A stretch of DNA of 64,000 nucleotides from Nemertoderma westbladi (lineage: Eukaryota > Animalia > Xenacoelomorpha), in assembly GCA_032718475.1 (NCBI GenBank), contig JAUCBJ010007374.1:34920-98919 (forward strand), written 5' to 3'. The translations under genes were made by a program, and so were the position numbers. The notes under the pieces were generated by a model, which saw nothing but the letters and a program-made list of their open reading frames with translations, did not search any database and was not told the origin of the DNA. Positions 8,005-21,100 of this stretch are shown here, piece after piece (the first letter of the stretch is position 1; every line of letters starts with the position of its first letter).

Positions 8005-10728
8005 ATGTCTCTGTCACATGTCGGTCCCATGCAATCTGTATTGCCAAAAATTGCTTTAGGCGACCTTGATATTTTAAATACAGTTGGAAAGGGACAATTC
8101 GCCACTGTTCATAAGGCGTCATGGAAGTCGCGAAACTTTCACGTAGCTGCAAAGAAGTTGGCGAGTCTGAAGATTGGGTCGGAACCGTTCATACTCAACC
8201 ATTTGAAACACGCGAACATTGTGGAGTTCATTGCGGTAGTCGACCAAGGTCCCAACCCGTACCTTATTATGGAGTTTGCGGAAAACGGTTCGTTGTACGA
8301 ATACCTAGAGAAGTACGGCAATTCCATGCAGTTCGTTCAGGTGACTGGCTGGGCATACGAAATCGCCAGCGGTATGAACTACTTACACGACGAGGCGCCA
8401 ATAAAGGTTATTCATCGGGATTTAAAGAGTCTAAACTGCGTTATATTTCAGAACATGGTGGTGAAGATCTGCGATTTCGGTTCTTCTAAGGTCTACCAGG
8501 AAACCGGGACTATGACGACATGCGTCGGCACCATCCCGTGGATGTCACCTGAAATGATTCGCGGTAGTAAAGTATCAACAGCGTGCGACGTATACTCCTA
8601 CGGTGTGTTGTTGTGGGAGTTACTAACCCATGAAGTGCCGTACGAAGGCGTGGACTGGCAAATTTTAGTGTACCAGGTCGCCCAAATGGGGAAGCGACTG
8701 CCCATCCCAAAGTCGTGTCCCGGCCCCTTCAGGGATCTCATGTTGGCGTGTTGGAATGAGGATCCGGACGTCCGACCGGAGTTCAACCGGATAGTGGGTT
8801 GGGTCGACAGTATGGTGGATACTGATGGCTTACAGCAAGAGACGGTTGAGTTCTGGAGGAATTCAGAGGAGTGGAAGAGGGAGTTGGAGGATGCTAGGAA
8901 GTCATTTAAGGTCGCGGAACAGAAACTCTCCATAAAAGAGTGGCAGTTAGCGAAGAAGGAGAGTGCTTTGGAGCATCGCGAGTGGATTCTCTCCAAGAAG
9001 GGCTACTCCTATCCGTCGGTGAGTCTTGATCTGTGGACCTCGGATGAGGTTGGCGCCTGGGTCCGCGGTCTGCCGGGCTATCTGGGGCAGCACGCCGGTC
9101 TTTTCGTCCTCCACGAAATAAACGGCTCGCTCCTCCCGCGGCTCCTCGCCGCCGACTACAAGAAGATCGGGATCGAAGCCTTCGGTCACATCCAGGAGTT
9201 CATAGAGATCGTAGGGAGACTGGCGAGTCAGACCGAGTTCGATAGGAACTTCCCGGAGCTCGGGGTTCCGCCGCGTCGGAACAGTTGCTACGCGAAGCTC
9301 GACTATCGCCAGCCGGTCGCGCTGATATTCGGCCATTTTGTGCACCGCCACGCCGGACGGACCCGTTGGAAGGCCTACTGCGACGCGTTCGTACCGGACG
9401 GAGTCGACCGGTTGATGCAGAGCGTCCTGTTCCGCGTCGGATCTGGCTCCGACTCGCAGTACGTCGCGGTCAGTAAACCCCCGTTCGTTACCCCGGAATG
9501 GGTCGTTGGTGACTCCGTCGCCTACACGGTTACCTTCACCCCGGTAGTCAAGCAACCCCAGACCTTCACGTACCGCCACAGTGTAGAGGGGCCTGGATCC
9601 AGCACCCAGCGGGACATAGAGTTGAGTATCAGCGACAAGGTCTCTGTGTACAGCCCCGACAGTCCGGCAGGGAGTCCGCTGTGTCGGACCCCCGTGCTCC
9701 CCAAGCGAGCCCCCATTGCCCCCTTCCATACCCCCTCCGGGACCGGCGACTCAAACAAGAAACTGTACGTAGATGCCGTCCGCATGAAACCCTCCACCGG
9801 GACCATCACCCACTCAATGACCTCGCCTTGCATATACAACTCGTCGTCCTCGCTGTCCTCGACCCCCCAACTACACCGGGCCAACCGTAACAGCCCCTCC
9901 CCGCTCTGTTCCGACGACGAATTTCAACCGAATTTCCGCTTCCGATCGAGTTCATTGACCCCCACTGACTCGCGACGACCCCCCCACATCACAGTGACGT
10001 CACCAGTCGCTGGTTACCAGGGCAAAACTCGCAAACCGCCGTCCAAGGACTCGCAATCACAGACGGAACTAACCGGCACAGCTATCGAGCAGATGATGTT
10101 GGACTCGGATGAATTATTTAATGCAACTCAGAACCACTCCTCGATTAGACCGAGAATGAAACTCAGCCTCCCCCGGCCTGCCAGGGTGTTCAGCCGCCAG
10201 AGTAGCGGCTACTCGAGCGCGGCGTCCCCGGGGTTGAGGTACGTGGGGCCTACGCTCCGTAAGGCCCGGTCCGGGACGCAGAGTTCGGACGACACCATGC
10301 CGCGAACCGCCAGTTCCGACGGGCCGACTAGCGACTCGGCGTTGTTCGCTCCCCAGGCGAACGGATCGTACGAGGCGAGACTTAGTGGGTTGGAGAGTGA
10401 GAGTAGCGAGGGTGGGATAGAGGGAGGGAGGGGGGAGGGATGGAGTGTGGGTGGAGGAAGGGGGTATGGGGGGAAGATGGAGGGAGGGAGGGGGCATGGG
10501 GGGAAGGTGGAGGGTGTGACGGGGGAGGGGGATCTTGATGGTTTTAGGATGCTGGGTATAAGTGACCAGGGTAACAATCGCGGTGCCCAGAGTACCATTG
10601 CCCAGGGTATCGGTATTAGTGCACCTACCAAGGATATAGAATCCCGAGGTTTCAATCTCAACGTCAACATCAAACCAAAGGGACGTGGAAGGGGCAAGAA
10701 ATGGGGCAGATGGAAGAAGAGAGAATAG
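8005..10728 (+). CDS. MAP3K20: ZAK/MLTK-like MAP kinase kinase kinase (MAP3K20, ZAK-alpha-type architecture), single exon, 907 aa
   Basis: TKL kinase motifs VGKGQFATV, AAKKL, HRDLKSLN, KICDFG, GTIPWMSPE and CDVYSYGVLLWELLTHEVPY. These are followed by a coiled coil (WKRELEDARKSFKVAEQKLSIKEWQLAKKE), a SAM-like segment (WTSDEVGAWV...HEINGSLL...IGIEAFGH), a YEATS-like segment (LIFGH...WKAY...VSKPPFV..W), a Ser/Pro-rich linker and a Gly/basic tail ending KGRGRGKKWGRWKKRE. The domain order matches ZAK-alpha. Confidence 0.85.
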   Translation: MSLSHVGPMQSVLPKIALGDLDILNTVGKGQFATVHKASWKSRNFHVAAKKLASLKIGSEPFILNHLKHANIVEFIAVVDQGPNPYLIMEFAENGSLYEYLEKYGNSMQFVQVTGWAYEIASGMNYLHDEAPIKVIHRDLKSLNCVIFQNMVVKICDFGSSKVYQETGTMTTCVGTIPWMSPEMIRGSKVSTACDVYSYGVLLWELLTHEVPYEGVDWQILVYQVAQMGKRLPIPKSCPGPFRDLMLACWNEDPDVRPEFNRIVGWVDSMVDTDGLQQETVEFWRNSEEWKRELEDARKSFKVAEQKLSIKEWQLAKKESALEHREWILSKKGYSYPSVSLDLWTSDEVGAWVRGLPGYLGQHAGLFVLHEINGSLLPRLLAADYKKIGIEAFGHIQEFIEIVGRLASQTEFDRNFPELGVPPRRNSCYAKLDYRQPVALIFGHFVHRHAGRTRWKAYCDAFVPDGVDRLMQSVLFRVGSGSDSQYVAVSKPPFVTPEWVVGDSVAYTVTFTPVVKQPQTFTYRHSVEGPGSSTQRDIELSISDKVSVYSPDSPAGSPLCRTPVLPKRAPIAPFHTPSGTGDSNKKLYVDAVRMKPSTGTITHSMTSPCIYNSSSSLSSTPQLHRANRNSPSPLCSDDEFQPNFRFRSSSLTPTDSRRPPHITVTSPVAGYQGKTRKPPSKDSQSQTELTGTAIEQMMLDSDELFNATQNHSSIRPRMKLSLPRPARVFSRQSSGYSSAASPGLRYVGPTLRKARSGTQSSDDTMPRTASSDGPTSDSALFAPQANGSYEARLSGLESESSEGGIEGGRGEGWSVGGGRGYGGKMEGGRGHGGKVEGVTGEGDLDGFRMLGISDQGNNRGAQSTIAQGIGISAPTKDIESRGFNLNVNIKPKGRGRGKKWGRWKKRE

Positions 10729-11570
10729 TTGGGCAATTATTGAACCTAACTCACTGGCCAATGTAGCTGAACAGTAGATTTTATACACTAACCTAATATG
10801 GTGCTGAGCCAAATTTTTTTTAACTATTTATATAATGAATCTTTAATTTTTAGTTCTCATTGTTGTTTGTAGAATATTTTATTAATATTATCCAAAATCT
10901 TTCATTGTGATAGTTTAACGTTAATGTTTATAGGTTGTGCTATCTGTCTGTATGACCATGCCAGTGTGCCAAACACCCACCATTCCTTTCTTACTTCGTC
11001 CAATAATAATTGCAATAGTTTTTTTATATTTTGGTTCATTTGGGATGCCAACTTTAAAATCATGAACATTTATAGCAGGCATTTATGTTAATATGCAAAG
11101 TATATCCGTTTATAGGTAACATAACTACCTCTAGAATTACGTGTTGTAATGGTTCATTGGGTCGTCCAAAAAGAAACATCATTTAAAAGTTGCGAGTTTG
11201 ATAGTTGGCCACCGAATATCAAACTCGTTCTTTTACAAAATGAAAAGGTATCAAAGAGTGATTTATTAAATATTGTAAATAATAATTAGATAACAGTAAA
11301 AAAAATTACCGGTACTGTTAATAAAATAGAATCGTTCCAAGATTTCTGATTTACTAAACGAGCGCAGCGAGCGAGGTCAACAAGTCAGATCTTGGTGCAT
11401 TTACTGTACAGATTGACAATAAAGATTATAACTGAATAATGTTTTCTAGGTTGATGTTATCTAACATAGTGATCACAGATTTACAAATTATTGCTTCACA
11501 TGATAAGTCATTAGTTTTCGATTCAGATTTGTCTCGACTTGATTGCAGTATTTGCCTACGTATTCAGGTA

Positions 11571-11822
11571 GGGGGGGGGGGACTGGACGCAATAAAAATG
11601 CATCCCTCTCCAGGGGAAATTCGACGCAAATAACAGCTGATTTGATTATTCTCAAAAATAAAAATGTAACCTGTTCTATTGTGTTCAGTTTATTGTTTTG
11701 GTTAAAATAACGTGCCAGTGTAACCTGCTCCTTTCCCTAAATTGAGAATTTAACATTGAGGCGGGATATTAATTCGCCAAGGCGGGTTTTGCGTCCAGTC
11801 CCCCCCCCCCCCCCCCCCCCCC
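11571..11822. mobile_element. Small inverted-repeat element (MITE-like) bounded by poly-G and poly-C
   Basis: G11-ACTGGACGCAA at the left and TTGCGTCCAGT-C23 at the right are exact inverted repeats. No clear TSD. Confidence 0.5.
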
Positions 11823-12190
11823 TCCTCCCTGTCTTACTGATATTTTGATATTTTATGATTCATTAGGGTTATAATCGTACAAACATTATACACCATGGGA
11901 TATAGTAAGTGTGTAATTATTCAGGTACCTGTTCCTGTTCGATATTTGCATGGATTTGCACCGGCGCGAGGCTATTTTAATATGTTTAATAAATAAACCA
12001 AATTCTAGAACATTTTGTTTATGTATGATTAGCTATACATAATAATATGAATAAATAGGTAAATGCATTGTTTCTCAGCTACGTATGAGATAAACTAACT
12101 ATATACGTCATTGTTCATAAAATAGCACTTTATAGCGTTACGGCTCGAGTGATTTTTGGAAATAATAGAATGAGGACCGTAATAATTATT

Positions 12191-12325
12191 TATTACATGG
12201 GAAAAAAAGTAGAGCTTTTTTTTCATTTCTCTCGAGGCATTTTATTTACCGAGCGTCAGCGAGGTTAATAAAGGGTCGAGAGAATATTGAAAAAAAAAAT
12301 ATTCTACGTTTTTTCCCATGTAATA
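12191..12325. repeat. Inverted repeat, probable transposon end
   Basis: TATTACATGGGAAAAA ... TTTTTCCCATGTAATA flank a central GAGCGTCAGCGAGG. Confidence 0.45.
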
Positions 12326-13000
12326 CGTAATTTTATTCTTAAATTGGTACTTTTTTGTTGCTAAATTCTTTAATAAAACATATAGCGATATACTGCAACA
12401 GTACAGTAGTGTTACAAAATAAATTGAACTGCAGTATTTTACTATATTGCTTCCATAGTTACTGCGATTCAAATTATTGTACTATTCAACTCCTGATGCT
12501 GCCTTACTCAGTGGTCAATAATTTTGTGTTCTCAAATATTTATTACGTAACTAGAGAGCTGCTTAACTACATAAACCAATATTGGATATTGAGTTCCGTT
12601 TTGGTGTTACGCCGCGCAGACACTAAATTTGCAATAACTTTCGAGTGAGTGAATGGATTTTGCTCAAATTACTTGCAAACCTTTTCTACGTCGATGCTCT
12701 TTCAATATATGTAATCAAATTTAAGAAATTCCACCAAAAATATTTTTCTTTACTTTTTTCCCTAGGGAAAAAAAGTGAAACTTTTTCTCCCGGTTTTGGG
12801 ATATATTCGAGCGAAAAACAATTTCAGAATAAAAGCTTTGTGTGCTAATTATGAACAATGGCGAATCTAATTTTATTTATTTGTGTGAATTATTTGTAGT
12901 TATGGTATGCACTCTATCTTTCTAGAACAACCTAATAATGACGCGGTGATATACTGGAAATACATAGTGAATGTATGGCGTAGGGACATACTGATAAATA

Positions 13001-13138
13001 ATGTCGCACTGCGATATAAAGCTGGAAAATATTTGGTATTTTATACATAATAATAATATTTGGCGATTTGGTAGTGCGGAATTAATTCCACACAAATATA
13101 TAAAAAATGTTACAGAATATGGTGCAATTATTAAATAG
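13001..13138 (+). pseudogene. Degenerate protein-kinase fragment (subdomains VIb-VII)
   Basis: Translates as MSHCDIKLENIWYFIHNNNIWRFGSAE, giving an HxDIKxEN loop and an (D)FGSA-like motif at near-canonical spacing. In-frame stops lie immediately upstream. Confidence 0.4.
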
Positions 13139-13734
13139 AATAAAATAGACTCGTGCAACATTCGAACTGTGTCGTTATAGTAGGTTATGACTAACCCAAA
13201 TATTAATTCCGTAACATTCATTATTATTAGTGACATTGTTTTTATGGTGTTGTATGTTGATACATTATTAATTTTTATAATTATTATTAATTGTATATTT
13301 TTGACATCAATGTGTAATTAATAACTACAATCCTCTTTATTAACCTAACTACATACGCTGGCTATTTGTTAATTAATGTATTTGTGTTAATTAGGCATAA
13401 CCACTGTAAAACGTTAGGTGTCAAGTCAAGTTATTTTAATGTAATTAAATCGAACCTTTTATTGCCTGTGGTTGGATTATCAATGGTGCAGACTTGCTCT
13501 TTATTTATTACCATCTCTAAAAATTTGTTTGACATATTTATTAAGGCCGTAGCAATTTGAATAATTTGTTAGTTTTTATTTGAAGTATAGTTTATTTGCT
13601 GCCATAAAGATGCCTTGTATTGTTTTATTTTGATATCGTTCAATAAATTCTTAGTTACTTCCAGTATAATTTCGTACCTACACACTTATCTCTCTAAGTG
13701 GGGTGTGGGGACGGTAAGGGGCAGTGTTTTCACA

Positions 13735-13850
13735 TAGTTTGACCTTGTTCAGTGGACAGTTTAACCCATTGGGGTACTTTGACCTATTAGACACATTGAC
13801 CACTTAGACAGTTTCCACCCAATGGGGAGCTTTGACCTATAATTTATGAC
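13735..13850 (+). repeat. Degenerate units of the 17-bp satellite
   Basis: tagtttgaccttg, gtggacagtttaacc, actttgacct and gacagttt motifs at roughly 17-19 bp spacing. Confidence 0.6.
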
Positions 13851-14844
13851 CTAAAATTTTCGCGCTAAAATTAATTTATAGCGGTTATTTGGACACTGAT
13901 CACGATTATAGAACTCAAATATAACATTCGAGAAAATTAGTGGTAATTTTGAATGTGCCCTCTGGGGCACGAAAAGAAAGTACTGCAAATATGATAATGA
14001 AAAATCACAACGAATACAAATTGATTTTATGACCATATAGGTTTTTTGGGATACTGATCAGATCATGAATATGTCAATGAAATATATAGTACATTGTTGA
14101 TTAGGGCATTTTCGAATATGTGTCAATGTGGCATGTGAGGCACGAAAAATACAAGTAGCACAAATTTGATAATCAAAAATCATTACCAAATCAACCTGAT
14201 TTTTAGATATTATGGGTTTTCTGGCACTCAAAATGTCACTCAAAGATATCGTATTATCCAACCAAATTAGATTTTTGCCGTTCGAAATTTTTTGCTACAG
14301 TAGGCCTCCTTGTATTTTTCTGACAAGCACCAAAAATGATAGTTACGTTACCACGAATGATTTTTAACGAGTTGTATCGTGATAATCGACCTTGAAAACC
14401 AGTATAGCTTCAGAATTACCAAACCAAAGGCAAAATTTAATAGTTTATAATTTTGTGTTACTTGTACTTTTCGTTCGGGGCACCAGAATGGCACATTGCG
14501 TTTGCCTTTACCAGAAATATTTATAACTAGTTTCTTCGTGATCAGCGACCTCGAAAACTCGTATACGTTCAGAATTATCAAGCCAAACAGAAAAGTTTTT
14601 AGTGTGACATTTTTTTACTTGTACTTTTCGTCCTGTGGGACAAAAATAGCACCAAAAATAATGGTTACAGTTCCAGGAAATATTTTTAACAAATTGTATC
14701 GTGATCAGCCATCAGATAACCATTATACCATGAAAATTGTAATTTTTGAGCCAAGATCTGAAAAATTTCTATAATGACCCACCCCCCCCCCCCCCCCCCG
14801 GCCAATTACATTGTAAAATAGCCCGGGTCAGATGGGTGGTTAAA
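13851..14844. mobile_element. Probable non-autonomous DNA transposon remnant
   Basis: Recurrent internal motifs (cgaccttgaaaacc, cgacctcgaaaact, ggggcac) and a right end C-run...agcccgggtcagatgggtggTTAA. The left end was not identified. Confidence 0.3.
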
Positions 14845-15113
14845 CTGGTGAAAATATATATGAGTTTTGGTAGGGCCAATTACATTTGGTGGACAATTTT
14901 TTAATGGATGTGAGGGTGAGCCCTACTGACTTGGTGAAAACTCATTTATGAGTTTAAGATACATTGTCTGGACTTGGTGGATATTATATTTTTGCTATTC
15001 CTCCGTTGAGGGTTTTTTATGCTTATAAAGTTCAAATTTTTTTCATGCAAATTAAGGAATTGTATTGAAAATAAATATTGACCTAGCAAGTTGATATTTG
15101 ACATATCAAACTT

Positions 15114-18100
15114 ACCTTGTGGACAGTTTGACCTTGTGGACTCTTTGACCTTGTGGACACTTTGACCTTGTGGACAATTTGACCTTGTGGATAGTTTGAT
15201 CTTGTGGATAGTTTGATCTTGTGGATAGTTTGGCCTCCTGGACACTTTGACCATGTGGACAGTTTGACATTGTGGACAGTTTGACATTGTGGACAGTTTG
15301 ACATTGTGGACAGTTTGACATTGTGGACAGTTTGACCTTGGGGACAGTTTAAACTCGTGGACAGTTTAACCTTGTGGAAACTTTGACCTTGTGGACACTT
15401 TGGCCTTGTGGACAGTTTAACCTTGTGGACAGTTTAACCTTGTGGACACTTTGACCTTGTGAACACTTTGAGCTTGTGGACAGTTTCACCTTGTGGACAG
15501 TTTGACCTTGTGGACACTTTCACCTTGTGGATACTTTGACCTTGTGGACAGATTGACCTTGTGGACACTTTGACATTGTGGACAGTTTTACCTTTTGGAC
15601 ACTTTGACATTGTGGACAGTTTTACCTCTTGGACACCTTGACCTTGTGGACAGTTTAACCTTTTGGACACTTTGACCTTGTGGACACTTTGACCTTGTGG
15701 ACAGTTTAACCTTGTGGACAGTTTAACCTTGTAGACAGTTTATCCTGAGGACAGTTTAACCATGTGGACACTTTGACCTTGTGAACACTTGACCTTGTGG
15801 ACAGTTTGACCTTTTGGAAACTTTGACCTTTTGGACACTTTGACCTTGTGGACAGTTTAACCTTGTGGACAGTTAGACCATGGGGACACTTTGACCTTGT
15901 GGACTCTTTGACCTTGTGGACACTTTGACCTTGTGGACAGTTTGACCTTGTGGATAGTTTGATCTTGTGGATAGTTTGACATTGTGGACAGTTTGACATT
16001 GTGGACAGTTTGACATTGTGGACAGTTTGACATTGTGGACAGTTTGGCATTGTGGACAGTTTGACCTTGGGGACAGTTTAAACTCGTGGACAGTTTAACC
16101 TTGTGGAAACTTTGACCTTGTGGACACTTTGGCCTTGTGGACAGTTTAACCTTGTGGACACTTTGACCTTGTGAACACTTTGAGCTTGTGGACAGTTTCA
16201 CCTTGTGGACACTTTGACCTTGTGGATACTTTGACCTTGTGGACACTTTGACCTTGTGCACAGTTTGACCTTGTGGACAGTTTAATCTTTTGGACACTTT
16301 GACCTTGTGGACAGTTTGACCTTGTGGACACTTTGACATTGTGGACAGTTTTACCTTTTGGACACTTTGACATTGTGGACAGTTTTACCTCTTGGACACT
16401 TTGACCTTGTGTGGACAGTTTAACCTTTTGGACACTTTGACCTTGTGGACAGTTTGACCTTGTGAACAGTTTAACCTTGTAGACAGTTTATCCTTAAGGA
16501 CAGTTTAACCATGTGGACACTTTGACCTTGTGGACAGTTTGACCTTTTGGACACTTTGACCTTTTGGACACTTTGACCTTTTGGACACTTTGACCTTGTG
16601 GACAGTTTAACCTTGTGGACAGTTAGACCTTGTGGACACTTTGACCTTGTGGACAGTTTGACCTTTTGGACACTTTGACCTTTTGGACACTTTGACCTTT
16701 TGGACACTTTGACCTTGTGGACAGTTTAACCTTGTGGACAGTTAGACCTTGTGGACACTTTGACCTTGTGCACAGTTTGACCTTGTGGACACTTTGACCT
16801 TGTGCACAGTTTGACCTTGTGGACAGTTTAACCTTTTGGACACTTTGACCTTGTGCACAGTTGGACCTTGTGGACGGTTTAACCTTGTGGACAGTTTAAC
16901 CTTGTGGACAGTTTGACCTTGTGGACACTTTGACCTTGTGCACAGTTGGACCTTGTGGACGGTTTAACCTTTTCGACACTTTGACCTTGTGGACAGTTTA
17001 ACCTTGTGGACACTTTGACCTAGTGGACAGTTTGACCTTGTGGACAGTTTAAACCTTTTGGACACTTTGACCTTGTGGACAGTTTGACCTTGTGGACACT
17101 TTGACATTGTGGATAGTTTGACCTTGTGGACACTTTGACCTAGTGGACAGTTTGACCTTGTGGACAGTTTAAACCTTTTGGACACTTTGACCTTGTGGAC
17201 AGTTTGACCTTGTGGAAAGTTTGACCTTGTGGATAGTTTGACCTTGTGGATAGTTTGACCTTGTGGATAGTTTGACCTTGTGGACAGTTTAACCATGTGG
17301 ACACTTTGACCTTGTGAAAACTTTGACCTTGTGGACAGTTTGACCTTGTGGACAGTTTGACCTTGTGGACAGTTTGACCTTGTGGACAGTTTGACCTTGT
17401 GGACAGTTTAAACCTTTTGGACACTTTGACCTTGTGGAAAGTTTGACCTTGTGGATAGTTTGACCTTGTGGATAGTTTGACCTTGTGGATAGTTTGACCT
17501 TGTGGACAGTTTAACCATGTGGACACTTTGACCTTGTGAAAACTTTGACCTTGTGGACAGTTTGACCTTGTGGACAGTTTAAACCTTTTGGACACTTTGA
17601 CCTTGTGGAAAGTTTGACCTTGTGGATAGTTTGACCTTGTGGATAGTTTGACCTTGTGGATAGTTTGACCTTGTGGACAGTTTAACCATGTGGACACTTT
17701 GACCTTGTGAAAACTTTGACCTTGTGGACAGTTTGACCTTGTGGACAGTTTGACCTTGTGGACAGTTTGACCTTGTGGACACTTTGACATTGTGGACAGT
17801 TTAACCTTGTGGACACTTTGACCTAGTGGACAGTTTGACCTAGTGGACAGTTTGACCTTGTGGACACTTTGACATTGTGGACAGTTTAACCATGTGGACA
17901 CTTTGACCTTGTGAAAACTTTGACCTTGTGGACAGTTTGACCCTGCCAGTTTGACCTTGTGGACAGTTTAACCTTGTGGACACTTTGACCTAGTGGACAG
18001 TTTGACCTTGTGGACAGTTTAAACCTTTTGGACACTTTGACCTTGTGGACACTTTGACCTTGTGGATAGTTTGACCTTGTGGACACTTTGACCTAGTGGA

Positions 18101-21100
18101 CAGTTTGACCTTGTGGACAGTTTAAACCTTTTGGACACTTTTTAACCTTGTGGACAGTTTGACCTTGTGGACACTTTGACATTGTGGATAGTTTGACCTT
18201 GTGGACACTTTGACCTAGTGGACAGTTTGACCTTGTGGACAGTTTAAACCTTTTGGACACTTTGACCTTGTGGATAGTTTGACGTTTAGATAGTTTGACC
18301 TTGTGGACACTTTGACCTAGTGGACAGTTTGACCTTGTGGACAGTTTAAACCTTTTGGACACTTTGACCTTGTGGATAGTTTGACGTTTAGATAGTTTGA
18401 CCTTGTGGACAGGTTGACCTTGTGGACAGTTTGACCTTGTGGACAGTTTGACCTTGTGGACACTTTGACATTGTGGATAGTTTGACCTTGTGGACACTTT
18501 GACCTAGTGGACAGTTTGACCTCTTGGACAGTTTAAACCTTTTGGACACTTTGACCTTGTGGACACTTTGACCTTGTGGATAGTTTGACGTTTAGATAGT
18601 TTGACCTTGTGGACACTTTGACCTAGTGGACAGTTTGACCTTGTGGACAGTTTAAACCTTTTGGACACTTTGACCTTGTGGACACTTTGACATTGTGGAT
18701 AGTTTGACCTTGTGGACACTTTGACCTAGTGGACAGTTTGACCTCTTGGACAGTTTAAACCTTTTGGACACTTTGACCTTGTGGACACTTTGACATTGTG
18801 GATAGTTTGACCTTGTGGATAGTTTGACCTAGTGGACAGTTTGACCTTGTGGACAGTTTGACCTTGTGGACAGTTTGACCTTGTGGACACTTTGACATTG
18901 TGGACAGTTTGACCTTGTGGACAGTTTGACCTTGTGGACACTTTGACATTGTGGATAGTTTGACCTTGTGGATAGTTTGACCTAGTGGACAGTTTGACCT
19001 TGTGGACAGTTTGACCTTGTGGACAGTTTGACCTTGTGGACACTTTGACATTGTGGACAGTTTGACCTTGTGCACAGTTTGACCTTGTGGACAGTTTAAT
19101 CTTTTGGACACTTTGACCTTGTGGACAGTTTGACCTTGTGGACACTTTGACATTGTGGACAGTTTTACCTTTTGGACACTTTGACCTTGTGGACAGTTTA
19201 ACCTTTTGGACACTTTGACCTTGTGGACAGTTTGACCTTGTGAACACTTTGACCTTGTGGACAGTTTGACCTTTTGGACAGTTTGACCTTTTGGACACTT
19301 TGACCTTGTGGGCACTTTGACCTTGTGGACAGTTTAACCTTGTGGACAGTTTAACCTTGTAGACAGTTTATCCTTAAGGACAGTTTAACCATGTGGACAC
19401 TTTGACCTTGTGGACAGTTTGACCTTTTGGACACTTTGACCTTTTGGACACTTTGACCTTTTGGACACTTTGACCTTGTGGACAGTTTAACCTTGTGGAC
19501 AGTTAGACCTTGTGGACACTTTGACCTTGTGGACAGTTTGACCTTTTGGACACTTTGACCTTTTGGACACTTTGACCTTTTGGACACTTTGACCTTGTGG
19601 ACAGTTTAACCTTGTGGACAGTTAGACCTTGTGGACACTTTGACCTTGTGGACACTTTGACCTTGTGGACACTTTGACCTTGTGCACAGTTTGACCTTGT
19701 GGACAGTTTAACCTTTTGGACACTTTGACCTTGTGCACAGTTGGACCTTGTGGACGGTTTAACCTTGTGGACAGTTTAACCTTGTGGACAGTTTGACCTT
19801 GTGGACACTTTGACCTTGTGGACACTTTGACCTTGTGGACACTTTGACCTTGTGCACAGTTGGACCTTGTGGACGGTTTAACCTTTTCGACACTTTGACC
19901 TTGTGGACAGTTTAACCTTGTGGACACTTTGACCTAGTGGACAGTTTGACCTTGTGGACAGTTTAACCTTGTGGACACTTTGACCTAGTGGACAGTTTGA
20001 CCTTGTGGACAGTTTAAACATTTTGGATACTTTGACCTTGTGGACAGGTTGACCTTGTGGACAGTTTGACCTTGTGGACAGTTTGACCTTGTGGACACTT
20101 TGACATTGTGGATAGTTTGACCTTGTGGACACTTTGACCTAGTGGACAGTTTGACCTTGTGGACAGTTTAAACCTTTTGGACACTTTGACCTTGTGGAAA
20201 GTTTGACCTTGTGGATAGTTTGACCTTGTGGATAGTTTGACCTTGTGGACACTTTGACATTGTGGACAGTTTAACCATGTGGACACTTTGACCTTGTGAA
20301 AACTTTGACCTTGTGGACAGTTTGACCTTGTGGACAGTTTGACCTTGTGGACAGTTTGACCTAGTGGACAGTTTGACCTAGTGGACAGTTTGACCTTGTG
20401 GACACTTTGACATTGTGGACAGTTTAACCATGTGGACACTTTGACCTTGTGAAAACTTTGACCTTGTGGACAGTTTGACCTTGCGGACAGTTTGACCTTG
20501 TGGACAGTTTAACCTTGTGGACACTTTGACCTAGTGGACAGTTTGACCTTGTGGACAGTTTAAACCTTTTGGACACTTTGACCTTGTGGACACTTTGACC
20601 TTGTGGACACTTTGACCTAGTGGACAGTTTGACCTTGTGGACAGTTTAAACCTTTTGGACACTTTTTAACCTTGTGGACAGTTTGACCTTGTGGACACTT
20701 TGACATTGTGGATAGTTTGACCTTGTGGACACTTTGACCTAGTGGACAGTTTGACCTTGTGGACAGTTTAAACCTTTTGGACACTTTGACCTTGTGGATA
20801 GTTTGACGTTTAGATAGTTTGACCTTGTGGACAGGTTGACCTTGTGGACAGTTTGACCTTGTGGACAGTTTGACCTTGTGGACACTTTGACATTGTGGAT
20901 AGTTTGACCTTGTGGACACTTTGACCTAGTGGACAGTTTGACCTCTTGGACAGTTTAAACCTTTTGGACACTTTGACCTTGTGGACAGTTTGACCTTGTG
21001 GACACTTTGACATCGTGGATAGTTTGACCTTGTGGATAGTTTGACCTAGTGGACAGTTTGACCTTGTGGACAGTTTGACCTTGTGGACAGTTTGACCTTG

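Noticed and set aside
1-10200. Kinase duplication as a pure haplotig or assembly artefact
   Set aside because: Not favoured, because the junction has a novel templated 29-bp insertion and the copies differ by at least one SNP. It cannot be fully excluded without reads.
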